A DNA stretch of 64,000 nt, from positions 1-64,000 of the IMG/VR virus record IMGVR_UViG_3300045526_000254; one strand, 5' to 3'. The number at the start of each line of letters is the position of its first letter. Position 1 is the first letter of the stretch. The DNA is from a virus. Lineage: Duplodnaviria; Caudoviricetes. Under the pieces are notes generated by a model, which saw nothing but the letters and a program-made list of their open reading frames with translations, ran no database searches and had not been told where the DNA came from. Of this stretch, positions 1 through 10,904 are shown one piece after another. A program made the translations under genes and the position numbers.

Positions 1-3000
1 ACTTTAAAGAATGGAGCAACTTATTATACAAAATACGTTAGTGATACAACAATTCAACTTTATCAATCTATTTTAGATTATAGAACTGGAATCAATACGG
101 TTGGATTTACTACCATTGGAACATCAGGTATTCAAAAATTTGTTACGGAACCAAAAAATAAATTAACTGAGATTAAAGTTATAAATGGAGGAAGTAATTA
201 TACAAATAGAAAACTTAGAGTTACTTCAAGTGGAATTTCAACTTCATCTAACATAATAAGATTTAATGGACATGGATTTAATGAAGGAGATCTAGTCGTA
301 TATTCAAGTACTCAAAATTTAATATCAGGACTGAGTACAGAAAAACAATATTATGTTATTAAAGTTGATGACAATAATTTTAGATTATCAGATGCAGGGA
401 TTGGTGGTACAGACAAGACAAATTATCTTAGAAAAAAATATGTAAAACTGGAATCTACTGGAACGGGGTATCAAATTTTTAATTATCCAGAAATATCTTT
501 AGTTGTAGAATATAGTTCTGTAGGTCTTGGTACTACTCAATTTAGAGGAAGTATAACCGCAACTCCTGTCGTGAGAGGTAAAATCATTGACGCTTATGTG
601 TACAATAGTGGTTCTAATTATGGATCAACCATTCTAAATTATCATAAAAAACCATCTATATCAATTAAGTCTGGAAAGGACGCTCAATTTGTTCCAATTA
701 TTGCAAATGGAAAAATTACAGACGTTTCTATTCAATATAGTGGATCTGAATATTATTCAACTCCGGAAATATTGGTTGTTGGTGATGGAAAAGGTGCTCT
801 ACTAAAACCGATTGTAACAAATAACAAAATAACAGATGTGGTTGTTATTAATTCTGGATATGGTTATTCTTCATCAAAAACTTATATTAATATAATATCA
901 TCCGGAAGTGGAGCAATATTAGATCCTCAAGTTAGATCTCTTACTGTTAATACTAACAAATTGTTTAGAGATGTTAATACTACTAGTTCGGAGACTAATG
1001 AATTATTAATTTCTTCCTATAATAATCTACAGTATGCAGTATGTGGATATTCAAATCTAATTAAAACAGAATTTAGTGATAATGGTTTAGAACACTCAAA
1101 AATAATCGGATGGGCATATGATGGAAATCCAATATATGGTGCATATGGATATTCCGATCCCAAAAACAAAAATTCTTCGATTAAAAAATTAGTACCAGGA
1201 TATACTTCTAGTTTAAGTAATATTTCAAATAGACCAAGTGAATTTCCAGAAGGATTTTTTGTGGAAGATTATAAATTTACAAATTCTGGAGATCTTGACA
1301 GATACAATGGCAGATTCTGTGTTACACCAGAATTTCCAAATGGTACTTATGCTTATTTTTCTACATTTAAAATTGATCAAGATAATAACATTGTAGGTAG
1401 TTTTCCATACTTCATAGGAAATGAATATAAGTCTAAGTATATTTCAGAAAATAAATTTTTAAATCAGTCATTCGACTTTAATAATTCAAAATTAACTAGA
1501 AATACTTTTCCATATAAACTTAATGATAGATATGCTGACAATGATTTTATTACAGAATCAAATGAAATCATCAATCAGGTAACAATTGTAGAATCAGTAT
1601 TGTCAGGATCGGTAAATGATTTTGAGATTATTAATGAGGGTGATAATTATAAAGTTGGGGATAATTTAGAATTTGATGATCTTGATACTGATGGTGGAGG
1701 ATTGAGTGCTCAGGTTTCCGAACTAACTGGAAAAGAAATTATTAACATTAACACATCCTCAGTTTTATACAACAATGCAGTTTTTACTTGGAGTGGAAAA
1801 AATGTAGTTAATATTAAAATAGAACCCTATCATGACTTGAGTAATTTAGATTATGTTAGTGTTTCTGGACTTTCAACGTCTCTGAGTTCATTAAATGGTT
1901 TCCATAAAATAGGAGTAACTTCTTATACATCTATTCTTATTAAAGATATTCCTTCATCTGGTATCGTTACTGACATTTATGTTTCAAATATTCCTAAAAA
2001 TATTTCTATAGGTAGTAGCGTTGGAATTGGTACAGAAATTTTATCAATTATTAATATATTTGAATCTAAAAATATACTTAGAGTTGGTAGAGGAATAGTT
2101 GGCGCTTCTCATACTGCAACAAGTTTAGTTTATTTTAAACCAGATACAATTACTATTGAAAATCCAGTAACTTATTTTGAATCTTTTTATAATAATACAG
2201 TATATTTTAATCCAAATCAATCTATTGGAGTTGGAACTACCCCTGGACTTGGTTTTAATGTATTGTATAATATTGGAATACAAACAAATAATACGATTTC
2301 TATACCATCTCAGACACTTTATTTGCCAAATCACCCATTTACCAATAATCAAGAAGTTACTTTGGTCAAACCAAGTTCTTCTTCAGCAATATCAGTAGCT
2401 AATACATCTGGAGGAACTCAATTTAATTTACCAATTGCCGGAAATACTCAAAAAGTTTACATTATTAAAAAATCTCAAGATCATATAGGCATAGTAACTC
2501 AAATAGGATTAACAACTACATCATCTGGACTATTTTTTATATCAAATGGTTCGAATGATTATGGATATTATCTACAATCAAATTTCAAACAAGTTAAAGG
2601 TAATATTGATAAAATTGTTTCTACAGTTTCCGTATCAACATCTCACGGATTAAAATCTGAAGATACTATAGGACTTGTTATAAATCCAAATCTATCAGTG
2701 GGTATTGGCACATCCACTAGTATTAAAGTAAAAAGAGATGCAAATACTGGATATATTTTAATTGATACAATTCAATTTAATTCAAGTGGAATTAATACAG
2801 AGACAAATACTATAACCATATCTCAGCATAATTTAAATACTGGGGATAAAGTTAAGTACTCTGCAAATACTGTTGCTAGTGGATTAACCACAGGATTTTA
2901 TTATGTTTATAAAGTTGATAATGATAAAATTAAGTTATCTGAAACTTTTATAGATTCTGCGCTGACTTCACCACCAAATACAATAGATATTTTTAGTACC

Positions 3001-6000
3001 GGTGGATCATCTCAAAATATTTCAAAAGTAAATCCAAATATAAAAGTTACTAAAAACAACAATATTGTTTTTGATTTGAGTGATTCTTCTTTAGTTGATT
3101 ATAATTTTAAACTATTTTGTGATCAAGAATTTAAGAATGAATTTGTTTCAACCGGATCAACAAATCAATTTTCACTAGTTGGTGTTGGTACCATTGGAAT
3201 ATCATCAACAGCATCTCTAACCTTAAATTATAGCGACAATTTACCAAATAAACTCTTTTATTCTTTGGAAAAATTTGGTGTCATTAGTGAACCAGATAAA
3301 GATACTCAAAATTATTCAGAAATTAATTTTGTAGAAAGTTTTTATAATGGATCTTACACAATTTCTGGAGTAGGAAATACAACTTTTAATGTATTTTTAA
3401 GAAATTATCCAGAAAGACTATCTTATTCTAAAGAAGAATGTGATTTATTGAAATATACCACATCTTCAACATCTACTTCTGGTGGAATTTCTAAAATTAG
3501 ACTTATTTCTTCTGGAAATAACTATAAAAAACTTCCAATTTTCAAAAAAATCACCTCCTTAAATGGAACAGGTGCATATGTTATTCCAAAATCAGATACA
3601 ATTGGCAAAGTTAATGAAATTAGAATTGTTAATGAAGGTTTTGAGTATTCTTCTGATAAAACTTTAAGACCACAAGCACTTGTACCTAGATTTGCATTTA
3701 TAAAAAATTCAAATACAATTAACAACATTTTTGTTACTGATGGTGGAAAAAATTATATTTCCCCACCAAACTTAGTGATCATAAATTCAGAGACCCGAGA
3801 AAAAATTAATTCTGGATTATTGGTTGCAAATCTTTCATCTAATACTATTTCATCAGTATTGATAGATGTACCACCTACGGGACTTCCAGAAACAATAGTT
3901 GATGTAAAATCAATCAATAATACTAATGGAATAAAAATTCAAAATGTTAAATCATCCTTGACAGGAATTGTGACTTGCGTACTGGTAACTCCTCTTTCAG
4001 GATTTGGACAAGAACCATTTTCTATTGGAGACAAAATTTTTGTTGAAGGTATACAAATAGAGGAAGGCTCTGGTGAAGGTCTCAACTCTGAAGATTATGG
4101 ATATCAATTTTTTACCGTTTCAAACTACTTGAATGCGAATACCACTACTCCAAGACAACTAGAATTTAGTGTGTCTGGTTTTACAACAAATCCCGGAATT
4201 GCTAAATCAGTAGAAAATTTTTATGGAACAATAATAAATTATAAAAATTATCCAAAATTTGAAGTTATCCAAGATTTTTCTAATTTTGTGATTGGAGAAC
4301 TCTTAGAGGTTAAATATCAAAATCAATTTATTGAAGAAGATTTATTAATTACAGAATCAAATAAAAATTATATAAAGATAAAGGGTTCTTATGATCTGAG
4401 AGAAAATCAAATCATACGTGGAACTCAGTCTGGATCAATTGCAACCATTGAAAAAATTACAAAATCAAGTGGACAATTTGTTGTCAATTATTCATTGACT
4501 AAAAAGATTGGATGGCAAGACAATATTGGCAATTTAAATGATGATATTCAGGTAGTTTCGGATAATGACTATTATCAAAGACTTGCATACTCTGTGAAAA
4601 GCACCAAGGAATGGAATGAAATTGTTAGTCCTGTAAATAGTTTACTTCATCCATCTGGGCTTAAAAACTTCTCTAATACTGAAATAATTGAAACTACTGG
4701 TATTGGAACAGTTTCTTCAGAAGAATATATTTATTCTTTCTATGATATTATAAATGAAAATAGAGTAGATACAATATACAATTATGATTTAGTAAATGAT
4801 ATTGACACCGTTGGAAATAATTCTTTATTCTTAAAATTTAAAAATAAAAAATTGACAGATTATGTGGAATGTACCTCTAACAGGGCTTTAGAAATAGATG
4901 ATATAAGTTCACAATTTTCAACCAGAGATTCATCATTGACCGCATTATCATCAAAAGTTGATGAAATAAACAAATCCAGAAAATACAATCATTACTTGGT
5001 TCAAATATCATCTGAGGATTATTCCCAAACACAATTTAATGAAATAATTGTTTTAAATGATGATTTTGAAACTTTTACCCTAGAAAAGGGATCTCTCAGC
5101 ACGGGAGATTATAATCAAACCGGATATAATGCAAATCAAATTGGCGATTTATATGGATATATTGATGAATTTGGATCATGTTATCTTAAATTTGATCCAA
5201 AAGATCCTTATAATACAATTTACAATATTAAATTTGTAAATACTGCTTTTACAAATTATTTGACTGGTATAGGATCAACTTCTATAGGATTTGTATCTTT
5301 AACAGGCATAACTTCTACAGTTTCTGTAGGATCAACTGCAGTTATAGAGTCTAAAAATATTGGAAATATAGAGTCAATACATTCTCAAGTTCACATAATT
5401 GATAATGTTACCAATGAAATGAATTATGTTGAAGTTTATGTCGATCATGATGGAACCGATACGAATATTGCAGAATTTTATTTTGATAGTGATGATGGAT
5501 TAAGTTCCAATTTTATAGGATCATTTGGCGCTAGTGTAAGTAACGGTGTTCTATCATTAAAATATACAAATAACACATCAAATAGTGTAACTATTAGGAG
5601 TAAAAATGTCGGATTTGGAACAACTTCAATTGGTATAGGAACATACAGATTCAAACAGTCTGGACAAATTGATGATACAGAGAATACAGTAAGATATGAT
5701 TCTTTATATCAAAATGTATCTTTGGCATCTACTATTTTCTCATTTGATACAAACATATTCACTTCAGTAAAATCGGTAATAAGGGTAAGTATTGGAAAGA
5801 CCAGTGCCTTACATCAATTGATGATTATTGCAAATCCAACAGAAATATACACAACACAGTATCCATTTTTATCTATTGGAAGTACCTCAGGTATTGGTAC
5901 ATTTGGTGGAGAATTATCTGGATCTGTAGCATCAATAAAATTCTATCCAGATCCTTCATTGACAGGAACCTTTGAGGTACTGTCTTTTAATCAAAATTTC

Positions 6001-9000
6001 TATAAGGAGAATGATTACATCAACACTCCTCCAGATTTAGAATACAGTAATGTATCAGAAACTATTCAAGTAAAAAAATATTATGGAATAAATCTTGATG
6101 AAATTGATAGATTAAATTTCCCCTTAAATTATAAAAATACCCCAATTTTTACAAAAACTTTCAATCCTTCAAACTCATCAATATTGAATCTATCCACAGG
6201 GGAATTTAATATTACAAATCATTTCTTTAGTACTGGTGAAGAATTGATCTATAGACCAAATTCAACATTTATTGGAGTAGCGGCTAGTTCTGTAGGAATT
6301 GGATTAACAATGAATTACGTCGGAGTGGTAACTAATATATTACCAGAAGTTGTTTATGCAATTAAAATATCCAATGATAAATTTAAACTCTCTACAAGAA
6401 AAGAATATGCCTCTGCCGGAATTTATGTCACTTTCACGTCAACCGGATCCGGTAATTCTCATGAACTTGAAATGTCGAAAAAGAATGAAAAATCAATTAT
6501 TACTGTCAATAATATTATTCAGTCCCCAATCACATACTCGTTACTAGATTACACAATTAATAATGGAACTCAAATAGGTGCTTCTTCAACTATCATAGGA
6601 TTGAGTGGAATATCTTCCATTTTAATTGGTGATATTTTGAAAATTGATAATGAGTATATGAAAGTAACCAATGTTGGAGTAGGAACTTCTAGATCTGGCC
6701 CAATATCATTTGGCGGAACATTCCCTCTTGTAAGTGTAACCAGAGGATTTTTTGGATCTATATCAACAACACATTCTAATTTAGGAATAGCTTCAGTATA
6801 TAGAGGATCATTTAATATAGTAAAAAATGATATTTACTTTGTTGATCCTCCAGAAGGATCTTTAGAGGATCAAATTCTTTCAGATTTAGATAATTTACCA
6901 GAATCTAGAGCATATTTTAGTGGTAGAGTTTTCTTAAAATCTGATTATACTTCCAATAGAGTCTATGATGATATTTCTGAAAAATTTGATGGAAAAACTC
7001 AAACTTATACTTTGACTGTTGGCGGAGCAAATACTGTAGGATTAGGAACAAGTGGAGGAAATGGAATTGTAATTATTAATGGAATTTATCAAACACCTAC
7101 AACTGCAAATAATGTCAATAATAATTTTAAAATTTTAGAAAATAATATAACAGGAATTAGCAGTATTGTCTTTTCCGGAATCACATCTTCAAATGGATCT
7201 ACATATATTTCACAGTCAGATGTGAATATGAATGAACTTCCAAGAGGAGGACTGATAGTTTCATTAGGATCAACTCCAGGACTTGGATATGCACCGTTGG
7301 TTGGAGCTTCAGTAACTGCCATTGTGTCTGGTGGGTCAATTATTTCAATAGGAATTGGAACTACAGGAAATTGGGGATCAGGATATAAAAATCCAGTATC
7401 AATTGCCGTGACAGAATCTGGACATTCTGGATTATCGGCAACAATTACTGCAACTGTTGGTGCCGGAGGAACATTATCATTTACAGTAGTGAATGGTGGA
7501 AGTGGTTATACAAATCCAATAATCAATATATCTCCACCAAATTATAGCAATTTATCTGTTATTGGTGTTTCAAGATTGGGAATAGGTCAAACTACAGAAT
7601 CTGGAAGTGGTCTACTATTAGATATTGAAGTTGGATCTAGTTCTACAACAGGAATAGGATCTACCTTATTTGAAGTTGTTGACTTTAAAGTTAATAGAAA
7701 TGGTTATGGATTTAAAAAAGGTGACGTAGTTAAAGTAGTTGGATTAGTGACTGCATATGGACTTAATCAACCTATATCAGAATTCCAGTTAACAGTTTTA
7801 GATACATATACTGATAAATTTGCAGCATGGCAATTTGGAGAACTAGACTATATCGATTCAATCGAAAATTATCAAAATGGTAGTAGAAGAACATTCCCAT
7901 TATATTATAATTCACAATTACTAAGTTTTGAAAAGAATTCAAATAACGCAGACTCTCAACTAATTGATTTCGATTCCCTGTTAGTAATTTTCATAAATGG
8001 GGTACTTCAGCAACCTGGAGTATCTTATCAATTTGAAGGTGGAACTTCTTTTACATTCACAACTGCACCAAAACCAGAAGATAATATTTCTATTTACTTC
8101 TATAGGGGTAGTTCGGTCGATAGCAAAATTGTTGATGTTAACGAAACCATCAAACCAGGAGATGATATTCAGGTTTTTAGTAATAATAATCAATTAGATA
8201 CGACCGTTACACAAAATTCTAGAATATTATCATCTATAGTCTCCTCAAGTGTTATAGAAACTAATTTATACAATGGTCAAGGAATAGATGAAGAAAATAA
8301 AAAACCATTAGCATGGACTAAACAAAAGTCTGACAAATTAATTAATGGTAATTTAGTTTCCAAAGAAAGAGATTCTATAGAAACTCAAATTTATCCAACT
8401 GCAAAAATTATCAAAAATGTATCACCATCTGATACTGAAATTTTTGTAGATAATGCTCAATTTTTCAATTATGAAAATGAAGTTAGTATTAATTTTGATG
8501 CTCTTATGGTTGCAGAACCTCAAAATGTAGTTTCTGCAGGTGTTACTGCTGTTGTATCATCTTCAGGTACTATTCAATCGTTATTGATTAATAACTCTGG
8601 TAGCGGTTATAGTGGATCTACAATTTCATTAAGTATTTCTGCGCCACCAAGAATTGGAACTGGTATTGGTACAGTTGGTACTGCAACTGCATCTATTGTG
8701 AATGGATCACTTTCCACTATTACAATTACAAATCCAGGATTTGGTTATAATCAATCAAATCCACCACAAGTCCTTGTTCCTTCACCAGAACCAGTCTATG
8801 AAAATATACAGGATATAACTTCAATTCAAGGAAGTTTTGGAAATGTTGTAGGTATTGCAACAACTGTTGGAATAGGAACCAATCTTGCCATTAAATTTAC
8901 ACTTTCTTCTGTCACAGGTCTTCAGGTAGGTTATCCAATTTATATTTTCAATACTAAGGTTGGATCTGGAGTTACCTCTATTGTTAATTCAAATTCAAAT

Positions 9001-9303
9001 ATTGTCGGAATTGGTACTAGTTATTTGGATAATGTTTATTATATTAGTGCTGTTAGTTCTTCCGTGGGAATTATAACATGCAATATTCATTCCAATTCTT
9101 CAGTTGTAGGCATTGCAACAACAGGATCATTGTGTGGTAATTTTTCTTGGGGAAGACTTTATGGATCTATTTCTAGATCACCTTCCCCAATTTCAATTAA
9201 TGTTTCTGGATTTACAGTTAACTCTGGATTATCTTCATTCCCAACAATACAACGAAGAGGATATGGATTAAGAAATATAGGATCTATCAAAAAAGCTTTA
9301 TAA
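1..9303 (+). CDS. Giant virion structural protein, probably baseplate wedge (gp7-like); 5'-truncated by the window edge
   Basis: Frame 1 is open from base 1 (checked codon by codon to 571) to TAA at 9303, giving >3100 aa. Rich in S/T/G/N with repeated GxGY and H-x4-G-D/E-x-V...YYV.K...F.LS modules. Contains the IIGWAYDGNPIYG motif and lies directly upstream of gp8. Confidence 0.65.
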   Translation, partial: TLKNGATYYTKYVSDTTIQLYQSILDYRTGINTVGFTTIGTSGIQKFVTEPKNKLTEIKVINGGSNYTNRKLRVTSSGISTSSNIIRFNGHGFNEGDLVVYSSTQNLISGLSTEKQYYVIKVDDNNFRLSDAGIGGTDKTNYLRKKYVKLESTGTGYQIFNYPEISLVVEYSSVGLGTTQFRGSITATPVVRGKIIDAYVYNSGSNYGSTILNYHKKPSISIKSGKDAQFVPIIANGKITDVSIQYSGSEYYSTPEILVVGDGKGALLKPIVTNNKITDVVVINSGYGYSSSKTYINIISSGSGAILDPQVRSLTVNTNKLFRDVNTTSSETNELLISSYNNLQYAVCGYSNLIKTEFSDNGLEHSKIIGWAYDGNPIYGAYGYSDPKNKNSSIKKLVPGYTSSLSNISNRPSEFPEGFFVEDYKFTNSGDLDRYNGRFCVTPEFPNGTYAYFSTFKIDQDNNIVGSFPYFIGNEYKSKYISENKFLNQSFDFNNSKLTRNTFPYKLNDRYADNDFITESNEIINQVTIVESVLSGSVNDFEIINEGDNYKVGDNLEFDDLDTDGGGLSAQVSELTGKEIININTSSVLYNNAVFTWSGKNVVNIKIEPYHDLSNLDYVSVSGLSTSLSSLNGFHKIGVTSYTSILIKDIPSSGIVTDIYVSNIPKNISIGSSVGIGTEILSIINIFESKNILRVGRGIVGASHTATSLVYFKPDTITIENPVTYFESFYNNTVYFNPNQSIGVGTTPGLGFNVLYNIGIQTNNTISIPSQTLYLPNHPFTNNQEVTLVKPSSSSAISVANTSGGTQFNLPIAGNTQKVYIIKKSQDHIGIVTQIGLTTTSSGLFFISNGSNDYGYYLQSNFKQVKGNIDKIVSTVSVSTSHGLKSEDTIGLVINPNLSVGIGTSTSIKVKRDANTGYILIDTIQFNSSGINTETNTITISQHNLNTGDKVKYSANTVASGLTTGFYYVYKVDNDKIKLSETFIDSALTSPPNTIDIFSTGGSSQNISKVNPNIKVTKNNNIVFDLSDSSLVDYNFKLFCDQEFKNEFVSTGSTNQFSLVGVGTIGISSTASLTLNYSDNLPNKLFYSLEKFGVISEPDKDTQNYSEINFVESFYNGSYTISGVGNTTFNVFLRNYPERLSYSKEECDLLKYTTSSTSTSGGISKIRLISSGNNYKKLPIFKKITSLNGTGAYVIPKSDTIGKVNEIRIVNEGFEYSSDKTLRPQALVPRFAFIKNSNTINNIFVTDGGKNYISPPNLVIINSETREKINSGLLVANLSSNTISSVLIDVPPTGLPETIVDVKSINNTNGIKIQNVKSSLTGIVTCVLVTPLSGFGQEPFSIGDKIFVEGIQIEEGSGEGLNSEDYGYQFFTVSNYLNANTTTPRQLEFSVSGFTTNPGIAKSVENFYGTIINYKNYPKFEVIQDFSNFVIGELLEVKYQNQFIEEDLLITESNKNYIKIKGSYDLRENQIIRGTQSGSIATIEKITKSSGQFVVNYSLTKKIGWQDNIGNLNDDIQVVSDNDYYQRLAYSVKSTKEWNEIVSPVNSLLHPSGLKNFSNTEIIETTGIGTVSSEEYIYSFYDIINENRVDTIYNYDLVNDIDTVGNNSLFLKFKNKKLTDYVECTSNRALEIDDISSQFSTRDSSLTALSSKVDEINKSRKYNHYLVQISSEDYSQTQFNEIIVLNDDFETFTLEKGSLSTGDYNQTGYNANQIGDLYGYIDEFGSCYLKFDPKDPYNTIYNIKFVNTAFTNYLTGIGSTSIGFVSLTGITSTVSVGSTAVIESKNIGNIESIHSQVHIIDNVTNEMNYVEVYVDHDGTDTNIAEFYFDSDDGLSSNFIGSFGASVSNGVLSLKYTNNTSNSVTIRSKNVGFGTTSIGIGTYRFKQSGQIDDTENTVRYDSLYQNVSLASTIFSFDTNIFTSVKSVIRVSIGKTSALHQLMIIANPTEIYTTQYPFLSIGSTSGIGTFGGELSGSVASIKFYPDPSLTGTFEVLSFNQNFYKENDYINTPPDLEYSNVSETIQVKKYYGINLDEIDRLNFPLNYKNTPIFTKTFNPSNSSILNLSTGEFNITNHFFSTGEELIYRPNSTFIGVAASSVGIGLTMNYVGVVTNILPEVVYAIKISNDKFKLSTRKEYASAGIYVTFTSTGSGNSHELEMSKKNEKSIITVNNIIQSPITYSLLDYTINNGTQIGASSTIIGLSGISSILIGDILKIDNEYMKVTNVGVGTSRSGPISFGGTFPLVSVTRGFFGSISTTHSNLGIASVYRGSFNIVKNDIYFVDPPEGSLEDQILSDLDNLPESRAYFSGRVFLKSDYTSNRVYDDISEKFDGKTQTYTLTVGGANTVGLGTSGGNGIVIINGIYQTPTTANNVNNNFKILENNITGISSIVFSGITSSNGSTYISQSDVNMNELPRGGLIVSLGSTPGLGYAPLVGASVTAIVSGGSIISIGIGTTGNWGSGYKNPVSIAVTESGHSGLSATITATVGAGGTLSFTVVNGGSGYTNPIINISPPNYSNLSVIGVSRLGIGQTTESGSGLLLDIEVGSSSTTGIGSTLFEVVDFKVNRNGYGFKKGDVVKVVGLVTAYGLNQPISEFQLTVLDTYTDKFAAWQFGELDYIDSIENYQNGSRRTFPLYYNSQLLSFEKNSNNADSQLIDFDSLLVIFINGVLQQPGVSYQFEGGTSFTFTTAPKPEDNISIYFYRGSSVDSKIVDVNETIKPGDDIQVFSNNNQLDTTVTQNSRILSSIVSSSVIETNLYNGQGIDEENKKPLAWTKQKSDKLINGNLVSKERDSIETQIYPTAKIIKNVSPSDTEIFVDNAQFFNYENEVSINFDALMVAEPQNVVSAGVTAVVSSSGTIQSLLINNSGSGYSGSTISLSISAPPRIGTGIGTVGTATASIVNGSLSTITITNPGFGYNQSNPPQVLVPSPEPVYENIQDITSIQGSFGNVVGIATTVGIGTNLAIKFTLSSVTGLQVGYPIYIFNTKVGSGVTSIVNSNSNIVGIGTSYLDNVYYISAVSSSVGIITCNIHSNSSVVGIATTGSLCGNFSWGRLYGSISRSPSPISINVSGFTVNSGLSSFPTIQRRGYGLRNIGSIKKAL

Positions 9304-9308
9304 TTTAA

Positions 9309-9316
9309 TATAAATA
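9309..9316 (+). promoter_or_regulatory. T4-type late promoter TATAAATA
   Basis: Exact gp55 consensus 20 nt upstream of the gp8 ATG. Confidence 0.8.
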
Positions 9317-9335
9317 TAGAAAAAACAATATTCAA

Positions 9336-10901
9336 ATGTCGGCAATTGTAACAGATCAGTTTAGAATATTAAATGCATCTAATTTCGTAGATTCTGTTAA
9401 TAACTCTTCAAATTCATATTATGTTTTTGTTGGATTATCCAATCCAACAACCTCTGGATTTGGTAGAACTGCTAATTGGAATACCAATGTTCCAAATCCA
9501 GTCGATAATGTAGATTATTTAAATCATTATGAGACCACGGTTTTATTTGGTAAAAAAATTACAAGTGCAAATGTTAGAAGAGTAATTAGACGAATAAATT
9601 GGATTTCTGGTCAACAGTATGAAATGTATAGACCAGATTATAGTGTAATAAATCCTTCTCCAATTACGGGTTCACTAAGGTTATATGATGCAAATTATTA
9701 TGTTATTAATTCAGACTACAGGGTTTATATCTGTATTGATAATGGATCTTCTGGAATTAAAACCACTGGAAATGCATCTCAAATAGAACCTTCATTTACA
9801 GATTTAGAACCAACCAAGTTAACAGATGGTTATACGTGGAAATATCTTTATACAATCTCGCCTAGTGATATTATAAAGTTTGACTCAATTGAATATATCA
9901 CAGTACCAAATGAGTGGGAAACATCAACGGATCCTCAAATTGTTTCCGTAAGAGAAAATGGAAATTCTGATTTAAATCAAAATCAAATAAAAAAAGTTTA
10001 CATACAAAATCAAGGTCTTGGATATCCAAGTGGCAGTAGATCATGTAACTTAGTTGGAGATGGAACTGATGGAACAGTTTTTGTTACCGTTGATTCTTCT
10101 TCAAAAATTACAGATGTAGTAGTTACTTCTGGGGGAAAAAATTATACCTATGCATTAGTTGACCTAGGAACTACATCAAACCCAGGAACTTATGCCGAAT
10201 TGATTCCAATCATTCCTCCATCGAAAGGGCATGGATTTGACATTTACAGAGAACTTGGCGCAGATAAGATTTTAGTATATGCCAGATTTGATGACTCTAG
10301 TAGAAATTTTCCTACAGATAGTAAATTTGCTCAAGTTGGAATTTTAAAAAATCCCACCGTGTATGATTCTAGTGGAATAAACACATCCATTTATACACAG
10401 AATAGTTTTTCAGGTGTATACGCGATGAAGTTAGGCAGTATTAGTGGGTCTGAAACTCCATCAGTAGGTGATGTTATTCAACAAACACAACCAAATGGAA
10501 AAAAATCTCTTGGATATGTAGTTTCATATGATTCCGAAACTATGGTTTTAAAATATTCTAGAGATAGATCTTTGTATTATGGTGGTGGGGGTGGATCTAC
10601 ACATACAGATTTTCCAGGAATTACAACATTCTTTAGTTCATCAGGTTCTTTAGTTGAGTTTGTTCAATCATCTCAGGTCTCTAAAGTTAATGGAGATTGG
10701 AATGCATCCATAAGTAATTTCTCAGGAATTAGTACAACGATTTCCAACAAAATTATAAATCTTGGTGTGGAATTTACTAATGGTTTGGCAAAACCAGAAA
10801 TAAATAATAGGTCTGGAGACATAATTTATGTCGATAATAGACCTCTAGTTACAAGAAACCCTAGGCAAAAAGAAGACATTAAAATTATCCTGGAATTTTA
10901 A
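9336..10901 (+). CDS. gp8: Baseplate wedge subunit gp8
   Basis: MSAIVTDQFRILNA start, W..G..YEMY, RVYICIDN, DGYTWKYLYTI and C-terminal IIYVDNR..R...QKEDIKIILEF are typical of gp8. Confidence 0.9.
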   Translation: MSAIVTDQFRILNASNFVDSVNNSSNSYYVFVGLSNPTTSGFGRTANWNTNVPNPVDNVDYLNHYETTVLFGKKITSANVRRVIRRINWISGQQYEMYRPDYSVINPSPITGSLRLYDANYYVINSDYRVYICIDNGSSGIKTTGNASQIEPSFTDLEPTKLTDGYTWKYLYTISPSDIIKFDSIEYITVPNEWETSTDPQIVSVRENGNSDLNQNQIKKVYIQNQGLGYPSGSRSCNLVGDGTDGTVFVTVDSSSKITDVVVTSGGKNYTYALVDLGTTSNPGTYAELIPIIPPSKGHGFDIYRELGADKILVYARFDDSSRNFPTDSKFAQVGILKNPTVYDSSGINTSIYTQNSFSGVYAMKLGSISGSETPSVGDVIQQTQPNGKKSLGYVVSYDSETMVLKYSRDRSLYYGGGGGSTHTDFPGITTFFSSSGSLVEFVQSSQVSKVNGDWNASISNFSGISTTISNKIINLGVEFTNGLAKPEINNRSGDIIYVDNRPLVTRNPRQKEDIKIILEF

Positions 10902-10904
10902 AAA

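Noticed and set aside
1-9303. Repeated H-x4-G-D-x-V and IGIGT modules as a novel repeat system
   Set aside because: These are degenerate protein-level repeats typical of large cyanomyovirus baseplate and fibre proteins, with no DNA-level identity.
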